Origin: Nevskia sp.
GTDB taxonomy: Bacteria > Pseudomonadota > Gammaproteobacteria > Nevskiales > Nevskiaceae
Length of the DNA: 64,000 bases
Assembly (NCBI GenBank): GCA_028291705.1
Contig: JAQGNS010000428.1
Span: 9,255 to 73,254 of the forward strand
Direction: 5' to 3'
Both the position numbers and the translations under genes were made by a program. Shown piece after piece: positions 28,300-37,983 of the stretch (within the stretch, counting starts at the first letter, position 1; each line of letters begins with the position of its first letter). The notes under the pieces are model-generated. The model made no database searches. It was not told the origin of the DNA and was given only the letters and a program-made list of their open reading frames with translations.

Positions 28300-31200
28300 A
28301 TGAAGCTTTCGCATTTTTTCATCGATCATCCGCGGTTCGCCGCCGTGATCAATATCTTTCTCGCGGTATTCGGGTTGGCCACCATGCTGAGTCTGCCGGT
28401 GGCCCAATACCCGAACATCGTTCCTCCCACTATTCAGATCACTACCGCATACCCTGGCGCTTCCGCCGAAACCATTGCCCGTACCGTCGCCACGCCGCTC
28501 GAACAGGCGGTGAACGGCGTCGAGAACATGGACTACATCACCAGCCAGTCCACGGGCAACGGCCTGATCACCATCACCGTCATCTTCAAGGTGGGCACGG
28601 ACCCGAATACCGCCCTGATGCTCACCCAGAGCCGTGTGCAGGACACTCTTTCGCGTCTGCCTCAGGACGTACAGCTGCAGGGCATTCAGGTGAAGAAGAC
28701 GATCCAGGCGCTGCTGCTTGGCGTGCATGTCTACTCGCCGGACGGCTCGCGTGATGCGGAGTTCATGTCCAACTACATGCTCAAGGTCCGTGACGAGATC
28801 GCGCGCCTGCCCGGTATCGCCGACTTCTGGATTCTTGGCGACCGGCAGTACGCGATGCGCATCTGGATCGACCCGGACAAGGCCGCCGCTTACAACGTAA
28901 GCGCCAGCGAGATCGTGGCGGCCCTGCGTGCGCAGAACGCCCAGGTCTCGGCCGGTGTGCTGAACCAGCCGCCCGTCGAAACCGACGCCGCTTACCAGAT
29001 CAATATCGAGGCCCTGGGCCGCCTGACCACGCCCGAGCAGTTCGGCGAGGTCATCGTCAAAGCCGACAACCAGGGCAGAGTGACGCGCATCCGCGACATT
29101 GGCCGCGTCGAGCTGGGCTCGGTGGACTACGGCTCCAAGGCCTACGCCGACAAGGGCATCTCCACGCCGTTCTGGGTGATCGCCACTCCGGGTGCCAACG
29201 TCGTCGAGGTCGAGCACGCGGTGTGGAACAAGATGGCGGAGCTGAAGAAGAAGTTCCCGCCGGGCATCGACTACATCAACATCTACGACCCGACGACCTT
29301 CGTCAGCCAGTCGGTGGAAGAGGTCGTCAAGACGATCTTCATCGCCATCCTGCTGGTGGTGGGCGTGGTCTACATCTTCCTGCAGAACTGGCGCGCCACC
29401 ATCATCCCGGTGGTCGCGATCCCGATCTCTCTGGTGGGTGCCTTCACCGTGCTGGCGATGACCGGCACCTCGATCAACAACCTGTCGCTGTTCGGGCTGG
29501 TACTAGCGGTCGGCATCGTGGTCGATGACGCCATCGTGGTGGTCGAGAACGTCGAGCGCAACATGGCAGCAGGTATGTCGCCGCGCGAGGCGGCGCACAA
29601 GACCATGGATGAAGTGTCCACGGCACTGATCGCCATCGCTTTGACGCTTTGTGCGGTGTTTGTGCCGACGGCCTTTATCTCCGGCATTTCGGGCCTGTTC
29701 TTCAAGCAGTTCGCCATCACCATCGCCGCTTCGACGATCATCTCGGCGTTCGTGTCGCTAACCCTGAGCCCGGCGCTGTGCGCGGTGCTGCTCAAGCCGC
29801 ACGATGGGCCGCATGCCCACAGCGTGAAAGGCCTGATTGGCCGTTCGCTGCAGCGCTTCTTCGACCGCTTCAACGCCGGCTTCGCCTGGCTGTCGACGGG
29901 TTACGGCAAGCTGACCAAGCGCTTCGTGCAGGTGACCGGCATCATGCTGATCATCTACGCCGGCCTGATTGGCCTGACCGGCTTCCAGATGTCGCGCATG
30001 GCCACCGGCTTCATCCCGGAACAGGACATCGGCTACCTGGCGACGATCATCTTTCTGCCGCCAGGCGCGAGCCTGGAGCGCACCGACAAGGTGGTCCGCG
30101 AGGCCAACGACATCGCCCTGAGCACTCCGGGCGTCGAGCACACCTCGCCGATCACCGGTTTCGACGTGACCACCGGCACCGTGGCGCCGAACGTCGGCAC
30201 CATCTTCACCGCGCTGCCCTCGCTGTACGGCAAGCATGTGCCTGGCGTGAATGCCGCCAAGATGGTGCAGATCCTCCGCCAGAAGTATGCCGCTATCAAG
30301 GACGCTTACATCGTGGTGGTGATGCCGCCGGCGGTGCAGGGTCTGGGTTCGGCGGGCGGCTTCAAGATGATGGTGGAGGATCGTGGCGAACTGGGCCCGC
30401 AGGCGCTGGCCAAGGCCACGAACGACCTGGTGGCCGCTGCCCAGAAAGATCCGACCTTCGCCGCAGTGTTCACGTTGTATAACGCGGGCTCACCCAGCAT
30501 CTACGCCGATATCGACCGCCTCAAGGCCGAGAAGGTGGGTCTGACCACGACCGACGTGTTTTCCACCTTGCAGCTTTACATGGGCTCCCAGTACGTCAAC
30601 GACTTCAACTATCTGGGTCGCACGTACCAGGTGATCGCGCAGAGCGATCAGCAGTTCCGCAAGTCGGCCGAAGACATCGGACGGCTGAAGGTTCGCAATG
30701 CCACAGGCGAGATGGTGCCGATCGGCTCCGTCGCCAGCTTCCACGATCGCACCGCGCCGTATCGCATCCCCCGCTACAACCTGTACCCGGCCGCCGAGAT
30801 CATGGGCGCCGCGGCACCGGGCGTGGCCTCCGGCACGGCGATGAAGCGCATGGCCGAGCTGGCCGATCAGGTGCTGCCGGCCGGCGTGACCTTCGAATGG
30901 ACCGAGCTGGCCCACCAGCAGGAGCAGCAGGGCATCCCGACGCTGCTGATCTTCGCGGCTTCGGCGCTGTTCGTGTTCCTGGTGCTGGCCGCACAGTACG
31001 AGAGCTGGAAGACCCCGCTGGCGATCCTGCTGATCGTACCGATGTGCCTGCTGGCGTCATCCACCGGTCTGCACCTGCGTGACATGCCGATCGACATCCT
31101 GGCGCAGATCGGGTTCGTGGTCTTGCTGGGATTGGCGGCGAAGAACGCGATCCTGATCGTGGAATTCGCCAAGCAGCACCAGGACAACGACGGCGCCTCG

Positions 31201-31479
31201 GCCGAGGACGCGGCGGTGCATTCCGCCAAGACCCGCCTACGTCCGATTCTGATGACCTCGTTCGCCTTCATCGCCGGTGTGTTTCCGCTTGCGATCGCCA
31301 GTGGTGCCGGCTCGGAGATGCGCCAATCGCTGGGCACCGCGGTGTTCGCCGGAATGATTGGCGTAACCGTGTTCGGCCTGCTGTTCACCCCCGCGTTCTA
31401 CACCGTGGTTCGCAAGGTTCGCGGCTTTCCCGCGAACCGCACCGCCGACGAGAGCAACCTGACTTCTGGGAGCGTGTAA
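28300..31479 (+). CDS. RND efflux permease (HAE1 family)
   Basis: FFIDHPRFA, LPVAQYP; proton-relay motifs GIVVDDAIVVVEN, AKNAILIVEFA and RLRPILMTS are intact. Confidence 0.97.
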   Translation: MKLSHFFIDHPRFAAVINIFLAVFGLATMLSLPVAQYPNIVPPTIQITTAYPGASAETIARTVATPLEQAVNGVENMDYITSQSTGNGLITITVIFKVGTDPNTALMLTQSRVQDTLSRLPQDVQLQGIQVKKTIQALLLGVHVYSPDGSRDAEFMSNYMLKVRDEIARLPGIADFWILGDRQYAMRIWIDPDKAAAYNVSASEIVAALRAQNAQVSAGVLNQPPVETDAAYQINIEALGRLTTPEQFGEVIVKADNQGRVTRIRDIGRVELGSVDYGSKAYADKGISTPFWVIATPGANVVEVEHAVWNKMAELKKKFPPGIDYINIYDPTTFVSQSVEEVVKTIFIAILLVVGVVYIFLQNWRATIIPVVAIPISLVGAFTVLAMTGTSINNLSLFGLVLAVGIVVDDAIVVVENVERNMAAGMSPREAAHKTMDEVSTALIAIALTLCAVFVPTAFISGISGLFFKQFAITIAASTIISAFVSLTLSPALCAVLLKPHDGPHAHSVKGLIGRSLQRFFDRFNAGFAWLSTGYGKLTKRFVQVTGIMLIIYAGLIGLTGFQMSRMATGFIPEQDIGYLATIIFLPPGASLERTDKVVREANDIALSTPGVEHTSPITGFDVTTGTVAPNVGTIFTALPSLYGKHVPGVNAAKMVQILRQKYAAIKDAYIVVVMPPAVQGLGSAGGFKMMVEDRGELGPQALAKATNDLVAAAQKDPTFAAVFTLYNAGSPSIYADIDRLKAEKVGLTTTDVFSTLQLYMGSQYVNDFNYLGRTYQVIAQSDQQFRKSAEDIGRLKVRNATGEMVPIGSVASFHDRTAPYRIPRYNLYPAAEIMGAAAPGVASGTAMKRMAELADQVLPAGVTFEWTELAHQQEQQGIPTLLIFAASALFVFLVLAAQYESWKTPLAILLIVPMCLLASSTGLHLRDMPIDILAQIGFVVLLGLAAKNAILIVEFAKQHQDNDGASAEDAAVHSAKTRLRPILMTSFAFIAGVFPLAIASGAGSEMRQSLGTAVFAGMIGVTVFGLLFTPAFYTVVRKVRGFPANRTADESNLTSGSV

Positions 31480-32960
31480 TGAATACCAAGACCCTCAAGA
31501 TGACCAAGACCGCGCTGGGTAGCCTGCTGATCAGCGCCACGCTGACGGCCTGTGCCGTCGGTCCCGACTACAGCAAGCCCGACAGCAGCCTGGCGCCGTT
31601 CCACAACCAGCCCAGTGCCACGGTTGTGGGCAAGACCGGGCAGGTGTCGATCGACCAGTGGTGGACCGGCTTCAGCGATCCGATGCTGGTGACCGTGGTA
31701 CAGCGCGCCCTGGACCAGAATCTGGACCTGGCCGCCTCCATCGCCCGCGTGCAACAGGCGAGGGCGGCCGCCTCTGGCGCCGGCGCCAATCTGCTGCCCA
31801 CCGTGGATCTGAACGGTTCGGCCACCTATGCGCGGCAAAGCCTGAACGGCCCCCTGGGTACCGTTGCGTCCAGTTCACCTGGCTTCAGCCGCGGAATCCA
31901 TGAGTACAGCGTCGGCCCGGCAGCCAGTTGGGAGATCGATCTTTTCGGCGGCTTGCGGCGCACGGCTGATGCCGCAGGCGCTGAGGCTCAGGCGGCTGAG
32001 GCGGATCAGGTCGGCACCCGCATCATGGTTGCGGCTGACGCGGCGGATACCTATCTGCAGATTCGCGGCTACCAGGCTCGATTGGCCGTCGCGCAGCAAC
32101 AGATCCAGGACGACGAGCACCTGCTGAAGTTGGTGAACGACCGCTACAGCGCCGGTGCGGGGACCGGGCGCGAGACCGCCCAGGCCGACGCGCTGCTGAA
32201 GCAGGCGCGTGCCAGCGTGCCGGAGTTGGTCATCGGACTGGAGCAGCAACTGAACCGCCTGGACGTGCTGATGGGCGTGCAGCCCGGCACCTACGCTCAA
32301 GAGTTGCGTCAGGTGAAGGAAGTTCCGTCGGTGCCCGCTGTCCCGCTCGACAACCAGCCAACTGACATGCTGCGTCGCCGGCCAGACATCATCGCCGCAG
32401 AGCGCAGGCTGGCGGCTTCCAACGAACTCATCGGGGCGGCCGTTTCGGATTACTACCCGAAGTTTTCGCTGTCCGGGGCACTGGGCTTCGACAGCCTGAG
32501 TCCGGGACGTGTGTTCCAGGCCCAGTCTTTTGCAGCCACCGGTGGCGGCGCGATCCGCTGGCGGTTGTTCGATTTCGGCAAGGTGGATGCCGAGGTGGCG
32601 CAGGCCAAGGGTGCCAATGCCGAGGGGCTGGCGCTGTATCGCCAGTCGGTGCTGAAGGCAGCCGAGGATGTCGAGGATTCGCTGATGCTGCTGGCCCAAA
32701 CCCAGCTGCGCGTGAACGAGATCCAGGATCAGGTTGATGCGCTGGTGAAGTCCCGCGACCTGTCGGAGCAGGCCTACCGCGCCGGCTCCATCACCCTGAC
32801 CGATGTGCTCAATGCGGACAGCCAGTTGCTGACGGCCCGCGATGAGCTCGATTCGAATCGCGCCAACGCGGCGAGAGCTGCAGTCGGCGTGTATCGGGCA
32901 CTCGGCGGCGGCTGGACGCCGCCGATAGTGACTACCGCTACGGGTAGTCACAACAGCTAG
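31479..32960 (+). CDS. Outer membrane efflux lipoprotein (NodT/OprM family)
   Basis: LTACAVGPDY lipobox, WWTGFSDP, SWEIDLFG, RRPDIIAAERRL, YRALGGGW. Confidence 0.95.
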   Translation: MNTKTLKMTKTALGSLLISATLTACAVGPDYSKPDSSLAPFHNQPSATVVGKTGQVSIDQWWTGFSDPMLVTVVQRALDQNLDLAASIARVQQARAAASGAGANLLPTVDLNGSATYARQSLNGPLGTVASSSPGFSRGIHEYSVGPAASWEIDLFGGLRRTADAAGAEAQAAEADQVGTRIMVAADAADTYLQIRGYQARLAVAQQQIQDDEHLLKLVNDRYSAGAGTGRETAQADALLKQARASVPELVIGLEQQLNRLDVLMGVQPGTYAQELRQVKEVPSVPAVPLDNQPTDMLRRRPDIIAAERRLAASNELIGAAVSDYYPKFSLSGALGFDSLSPGRVFQAQSFAATGGGAIRWRLFDFGKVDAEVAQAKGANAEGLALYRQSVLKAAEDVEDSLMLLAQTQLRVNEIQDQVDALVKSRDLSEQAYRAGSITLTDVLNADSQLLTARDELDSNRANAARAAVGVYRALGGGWTPPIVTTATGSHNS

Positions 32961-33066
32961 AGCGCTAAACCACCTACATGACTCAGTGAGTGTCCCCGTT
33001 GTCCGGCCGCGCAAACCCGCTTAGCTCCCGGGTTTGCCCGACCGGGCCCTTTTTGGAGAGCAAATC

Positions 33067-33876
33067 ATGTCCACTTCAAGCGCAACAAAATTTCGCAAGC
33101 TCCATGTCAACACCGCGCCGCTGCGGCTTCCTAATGCCTGGGATGCCGGCAGTGCACGTCTTTTCGAAAGTTTGGGCGCGTCTGCGGTCGCCACGACCAG
33201 TGCGGGCGTTGCCTGGGCCCTCGGCTATCGCGACGGGCGATCGCTTCCCGTCGAGGAAGCGATTGGAGTCGCGTCGCGCATCGTGCGCGTCGTGAAGGTC
33301 CCGGTGACGGTCGATATCGAGAATGGTTACTCGGACGATCCGCAAGCAGTCGCTGGGCTGGTGAAGCGCCTCGCCGATGTCGGCGTGGTCGGTATCAACA
33401 TCGAGGATGGAACCGACAATCCGAAATTGCTGACGGGCAAGATCGAGGCCATTCGCAAAGCCCTTTTCTCCGCCGGAACGGACGTCTTCGTCAACGTCCG
33501 TACCGATGTATATCTCGAGGGTCTGGCCAAGCCTTCGAAGCTGGTCGAGGAAACGCTGAGACGCGGCAAACTGTATGTCGAGGCTGGCGCAGATGGATTG
33601 TTCGTACCGGGCGTGCACAAGGCCGACGACATCAAGGCCATCGTGAGCGACGTTCCGGTGCCCCTGAACGTCATGGCGTGGCCTGGCCTGGCCGACGCCT
33701 CGGCCCTCGGAAAGCTTGGCGTACGTCGTTTGAGCGCTGGGCCAGGCGTTGCACAGGCGTCGTGGACCGCCGCGCAGGATGCAGCCAACCAATTCCTGGA
33801 AACCGGCAACTCCGACGCCCTTTACGAAGCCTCCAAGCAGTCTCCCAGTCTGCAGCGACTGCTTCCGGGCACGTAG
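33067..33876 (+). CDS. Isocitrate lyase/PEP mutase family protein
   Basis: PNAWDAGSA, ATTSAGVA, VDIENGY, GINIEDG, AGADGLFVPG. Confidence 0.9.
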   Translation: MSTSSATKFRKLHVNTAPLRLPNAWDAGSARLFESLGASAVATTSAGVAWALGYRDGRSLPVEEAIGVASRIVRVVKVPVTVDIENGYSDDPQAVAGLVKRLADVGVVGINIEDGTDNPKLLTGKIEAIRKALFSAGTDVFVNVRTDVYLEGLAKPSKLVEETLRRGKLYVEAGADGLFVPGVHKADDIKAIVSDVPVPLNVMAWPGLADASALGKLGVRRLSAGPGVAQASWTAAQDAANQFLETGNSDALYEASKQSPSLQRLLPGT

Positions 33877-33970
33877 AGATCACGGGCAAGCAACACAGGC
33901 ATCAGACCCACCCATTGAGCAGTCCCATGACAAATCAGCTCCAGGGCTGCCTTTAATCAGGAGAACAAGC

Positions 33971-34717
33971 ATGAAACTCAAGAACAAAGTGGCATTCATC
34001 ACTGGCGGCACGTCCGGTATCGGCCTGGAAACCGCCAAGCTTTTCATCAAGGAAGGCGCCGAGGTGGTCATCGTGGGCTCCGACGCCCAGCGCCTGGATG
34101 CGGCCGGCGAGCAGCTCGGCGGCAAGGCGCTGCTGATCAAGGCGGACCTGCGCAAGGTCGAAGACATCGAGCGCGCCGTCGAGGAAACCCGCACCGCGCA
34201 CGGACACATCGACGTGGTCTTCGCCAACGCCGGCGCCAGCAGCGTGCGGCCGCTGGAGGCTATCACGCCGGAGTACGTGCAGGACAACTTCGCCCTGAAC
34301 TTCAACGGCACCTTCTTCACCATCCAGAAGACCGTCCCGCTGATCCGCCAGGGCGGCAGCATCATCGTTACCACCTCGTTCCTCAATGCCATCGGCATGC
34401 CGGGCCTGTCGATTCTGGCGGCGACCAAGGCCGCGACCCGTTCGCTGGTGCGGACCCTGGGTGCCGAACTCGCCCCGCGCGGCATCCGCGTCAACGCCAT
34501 CAGCCCCGGCGCCATCTCCACGCCCTTCTACGGAAAGATGGGCCTGACCGAGGAGCAGCTCAGTGGTGTCGCCTCGGCGCTCACCGCGAAGATCGGCCTG
34601 AAGCGCTTCGGCGAGCCGGCGGAGCTGGCCAAGACGGCGCTGTTCCTGGCCAGCGACGACTCGTCGTACACCACCGGCACGGAAGCGGTCGTCGATGGCG
34701 GCCTGACCCAGTTCTAA
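33971..34717 (+). CDS. SDR family oxidoreductase
   Basis: ITGGTSGIG, FANAG, RVNAISPG, VVDGG. The YxxxK position reads LAATK. Confidence 0.92.
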   Translation: MKLKNKVAFITGGTSGIGLETAKLFIKEGAEVVIVGSDAQRLDAAGEQLGGKALLIKADLRKVEDIERAVEETRTAHGHIDVVFANAGASSVRPLEAITPEYVQDNFALNFNGTFFTIQKTVPLIRQGGSIIVTTSFLNAIGMPGLSILAATKAATRSLVRTLGAELAPRGIRVNAISPGAISTPFYGKMGLTEEQLSGVASALTAKIGLKRFGEPAELAKTALFLASDDSSYTTGTEAVVDGGLTQF

Positions 34718-34828
34718 AGGATGGCATGCACGGCCAGGTTGCCCGCGGCGCCGATGTACTGGCGCTGCGGGTAGCCGGGTCGGTTCAGTTGAAGAAATCA
34801 TTGATCGATCAAACAAGGAGAGAGCAGC

Positions 34829-35692
34829 ATGGAGAATCAGAAAGCCGCAATGACCGTACATAGCATCAAGACCCATTCGGGCCACATCAGCTATGCCGAG
34901 GCCGGATCTGGGCCGGTAGCGCTGTTCGTGCACGGCGTGCTGATGAACAAGCATCTGTGGCGCCACCAGCTGGCAGAGTTGTCCGATATCCGCCGTTGCA
35001 TCGCTCCGGATCTGCTGGCGCATGGCGATACCGAGATCTCGCCGGATCAGGAAGTGTCCGTGACCGCCAATGCCTTCATGCTGCGCGAGTTCCTCGACGC
35101 ACTGAAGATCGACCAGGTCGACCTGATCGGCAACGACAGCGGCGGCGGTATCGCGCAAATCTTTGCCGCCCTGTACCCCGAACGGGTGCGCTCGCTGATC
35201 CTGACCAACTGCGATACGCATGACAACTGGCCACCGGAGGCATTCCAGCCGTTCGTGCAGATGGTGCGCGAAGGTGGGCTGAAGGCGACGCTCAATGCCA
35301 TGCTGAGCGACAAGTCGATCTATCGCTCGCCGGGGGCGCTCGGACCGGCCTACGAGCATCCGGAAAGCGTCACCGATGCCGACATCGAGACCTACCTGCG
35401 GCCATTCCTGCGGACCGAGCAGCGCACCAAGGATCTCGAGCGCTTCATCGTCGCGTTCGACAACAAGCACACGGTGCAGATCGAGCACAAGCTGCGCGAG
35501 CTGCAGGCGCCAACCCTGATCGTGTGGGCGAGCGACGACATCTATTTCCCCTTGAAGTGGGCACTGTGGCTGCAGGATGCGATCCCCGGCGCGAAGCAGC
35601 CGGTGATATTGGCCGGCGCCAGGATCTTCTTCCCCGAAGAGCGGCCGGAGCTGTTCTCGCGCTATCTGCGTGAGCACTTCACGACGCCGTAA
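34829..35692 (+). CDS. Alpha/beta hydrolase, dehalogenase-like (Asp nucleophile)
   Basis: FVHGVL, APDLLAHG, GNDSGGG. C-terminal GARIFFPEE lacks the usual His. Confidence 0.85.
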   Translation: MENQKAAMTVHSIKTHSGHISYAEAGSGPVALFVHGVLMNKHLWRHQLAELSDIRRCIAPDLLAHGDTEISPDQEVSVTANAFMLREFLDALKIDQVDLIGNDSGGGIAQIFAALYPERVRSLILTNCDTHDNWPPEAFQPFVQMVREGGLKATLNAMLSDKSIYRSPGALGPAYEHPESVTDADIETYLRPFLRTEQRTKDLERFIVAFDNKHTVQIEHKLRELQAPTLIVWASDDIYFPLKWALWLQDAIPGAKQPVILAGARIFFPEERPELFSRYLREHFTTP

Positions 35693-35703
35693 ATGTGAGC
35701 AAG

Positions 35704-35737
35704 GCCTGATGCAGCTCGAGATTGAGCTGCATCAGGC
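35704..35737. terminator. Strong hairpin closing the RND/hydrolase operon
   Basis: Perfect 14-bp stem GCCTGATGCAGCTC/GAGCTGCATCAGGC with a 6-nt loop, 11 bp after the stop; weak U tract. Confidence 0.6.
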
Positions 35738-35757
35738 AATCTATTCAAGAGGATGGA

Positions 35758-36312
35758 ATGTCCGCAATTGTTTCAAATGTCGAGAGCAGTGACCGGGTAA
35801 TCGGCTCGATGCGGTATGAACCCGATATCCTCGCGATTGGCCTGGATGTGGTGTTCTGCGGCATCAATCCGGCGTGGAGCGCGGCGGTCGCCGGCCACAA
35901 TTTCTCGCATCGCAGCAATCGCTTCTGGCCCGCATTGCATCTCGCCGGTTTCATCGATGAGTGCCTCGAACCCGAAGACGAACAGCGCTTGCTTCAGTAC
36001 GGTTGTGGCATCACGGTGGTGGTGCGCCGGCCGACTTGCAAGGCAGAGGACGTTGCCACGGAAGAATTTATCCGCGCCAAGGCGGATTTCGAAGCCAAGA
36101 TGCGAGCCCTCGCGCCGCGGTCGATCGCCTTCCTTGGTAAGCGCCCGTTGTCGGCAATGACCGGGCAGGCGAGCATCCCCTGGGGGCGGCAACCAACGCC
36201 CTTTGCCGGAACGCTTGCCTGGGTGCTGCCCAATCCCAGCGGCCTCAACCGGAGTTTCACTCTGAAGGCTCTGGTGGCGGCGTATGCCGAGCTGCGGATG
36301 GCACTTATATGA
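35758..36312 (+). CDS. mug: G/U mismatch-specific DNA glycosylase (UDG family 2)
   Basis: GLDVVFCGINP, NRFWPALHLAGF, GCGITVVVRRPT and VLPNPSGLN match E. coli Mug motifs; GAGGA RBS. Confidence 0.92.
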   Translation: MSAIVSNVESSDRVIGSMRYEPDILAIGLDVVFCGINPAWSAAVAGHNFSHRSNRFWPALHLAGFIDECLEPEDEQRLLQYGCGITVVVRRPTCKAEDVATEEFIRAKADFEAKMRALAPRSIAFLGKRPLSAMTGQASIPWGRQPTPFAGTLAWVLPNPSGLNRSFTLKALVAAYAELRMALI

Positions 36313-36902
36313 CGCGCCCTTTCAAATACCTTTACCACCTTGCGGAGGCGGATAACCTTAACTCCATCCTGGTCCATGGGCTGATGAGCACCGAACGATT
36401 GCTCGGTTTGGCGCACATCTCCGATTCGGACCGCATAACGCAGCTTCGAGGCCACAGGCAGGACAATGTCCGCCTGCCTAACGGTGTGGTGATCCGAGAT
36501 CAGCGGCCGATGCCGCCAACTGCGCTCGCTCGGGCGCTCGACGATGGTCTGGTGCCATCTGATTGGTATGCATTGCTCAACAGCTTCGTTTTCTTGTGGC
36601 CCAACCGAGAGCGCATGGACAGGCAACGCTCCGCTTGTGGCGCTCGCCCCCAGGTCGTGCTCACTTTTGACGGAGTTGCGCTGCTCGATCGCTTTCAGGC
36701 AGATGTCTTCGTATCTCCAATCAATAGCGGGAACGCCCGTCGAAAGGCAGCCCGTCGCGGACGGGGCACACTGATCCCATACAAGACCTGGGTACAAGCT
36801 GGCTGGCCGACGGGTCAGCGTTCGCGTCACCCGGCTGAATTTCTGTTCGCTTGCATCGTACCAGTACAGGCGCCCTACTTGGTTGATATCGCAAGGTTCT
36901 AG
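36309..36902 (+). CDS. DarT-like DNA ADP-ribosyltransferase-fold protein (DUF7002/DUF4433-like)
   Basis: LYHLAEADNLNSILVHGLMS, GHR, FVFLWP and PAEFLF parallel the DarT motifs IYHITHLNNLQGIL, HR, YVPFYF and QAEFLV. ATGA overlap with mug. Confidence 0.72.
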   Translation: MTRPFKYLYHLAEADNLNSILVHGLMSTERLLGLAHISDSDRITQLRGHRQDNVRLPNGVVIRDQRPMPPTALARALDDGLVPSDWYALLNSFVFLWPNRERMDRQRSACGARPQVVLTFDGVALLDRFQADVFVSPINSGNARRKAARRGRGTLIPYKTWVQAGWPTGQRSRHPAEFLFACIVPVQAPYLVDIARF

Positions 36903-37214
36903 CAATGCGTCTTTTTCATTATTTGAAAAAGAGAGACATTATGGATCCATAAGGAAAGCTGTACTGATCGATGCGGCTTAAATTGAGCAAGCTGAGGTCA
37001 CGAGATCTGCTAAGTGGCGCTTCCGGGCGTGATCGTGACTTGCGCAGCCGAAAGCGGACGTCTTTAGTGGCATGTTGACCGCATGTCCGGCAGCTTTTCA
37101 GCACCGACTTCAAGGTGCCGAACGACTCTAACTGGCAAATTCCGTTGAAAAACCCGGTGATCGATGCTGATGCTCCGAGAATCTGCAAAACATGCTCGCG
37201 ACAGTGACGTTCTG

Positions 37215-37983
37215 ACCGCCTATACCCCGCCGACAGATATCCGGATGGGCAATGGGACTATTACCGGTTTTACCTGACGCACTTCGACCTGACCGTCAGC
37301 GATATGGAGGCGGACATTCCCGCGACCCTCGCATCACTCTTGGCGATGCTGCCAGCCTTCCAATTGGCGCGATAACTGCCTGGGAAGCGATGTTCCGGGA
37401 TCAGGGCGCGTTGCCTTCTGGCGTCGAACGTGTGCTCATCGTCGGTGGCGCCGGCGCCGTAGGCTCGCTGGCCACTCAACTACTAAAGGCCAAGACGAAC
37501 GCCTTTGTGATCAGCACTGGCTCTCGTACGGAATCGAAGTCCTGGTGCACGAAGATGGGCGCCGACCTAGTCCTCGATCATTCAGGCGACATACCTGCAC
37601 AGCTTGCTGCGGCCAATGTCACCAACGTCGATATGGTGCTATCGACCGCAAATACGGTCGACAACCTCAGCTGGATTGCACAGGTTCTCCGACCATTCGG
37701 GCATCTCTCCATCATGGATGGCGCTGCGTCGGTAGACACCAGCCAGCTGATGGTGAAGGCCGCTTCGATCCATATGGAAATGGTGTTCAGCAGGATCATT
37801 AACGGCGCCGCCCCACAGCTTCAGGGCAACATCCTCGGGATGATCGCTGATCTCGTTGTAGCCGGTCGAATGAAGCCAATCGTAACGACGCGGCTGAACG
37901 GCTTAAACCCAGAAACCATGAAGGCCGCTCACGAACTCGCGGAGACTGGGCGCACGATCGGCAAAATCGTCATCGCAATGTGA
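37215..37983 (+). pseudogene. Fused remnants: epoxide-hydrolase-like fragment joined to the C-terminal part of a zinc-type alcohol dehydrogenase-like/quinone reductase
   Basis: LYPADRYPDGQWDYYRFY... in one frame. Then AASLPIGAITAWEAM, VLIVGGAGAVGS and GRTIGKIVI in another frame, lacking the N-terminal domain. Confidence 0.65.

Noticed and set aside
26833-36905. Antisense ORFs over the RND operon, SDR/hydrolase (33953-35677) and mug/DarT-like genes (35994-36905)
   Set aside because: Shadows of well-supported plus-strand genes.
17309-37062. Integron attC array as the explanation for the boundary motifs
   Set aside because: No RYYYAAC...GTTRRRY ends, no integron integrase, and genes are not uniformly oriented.
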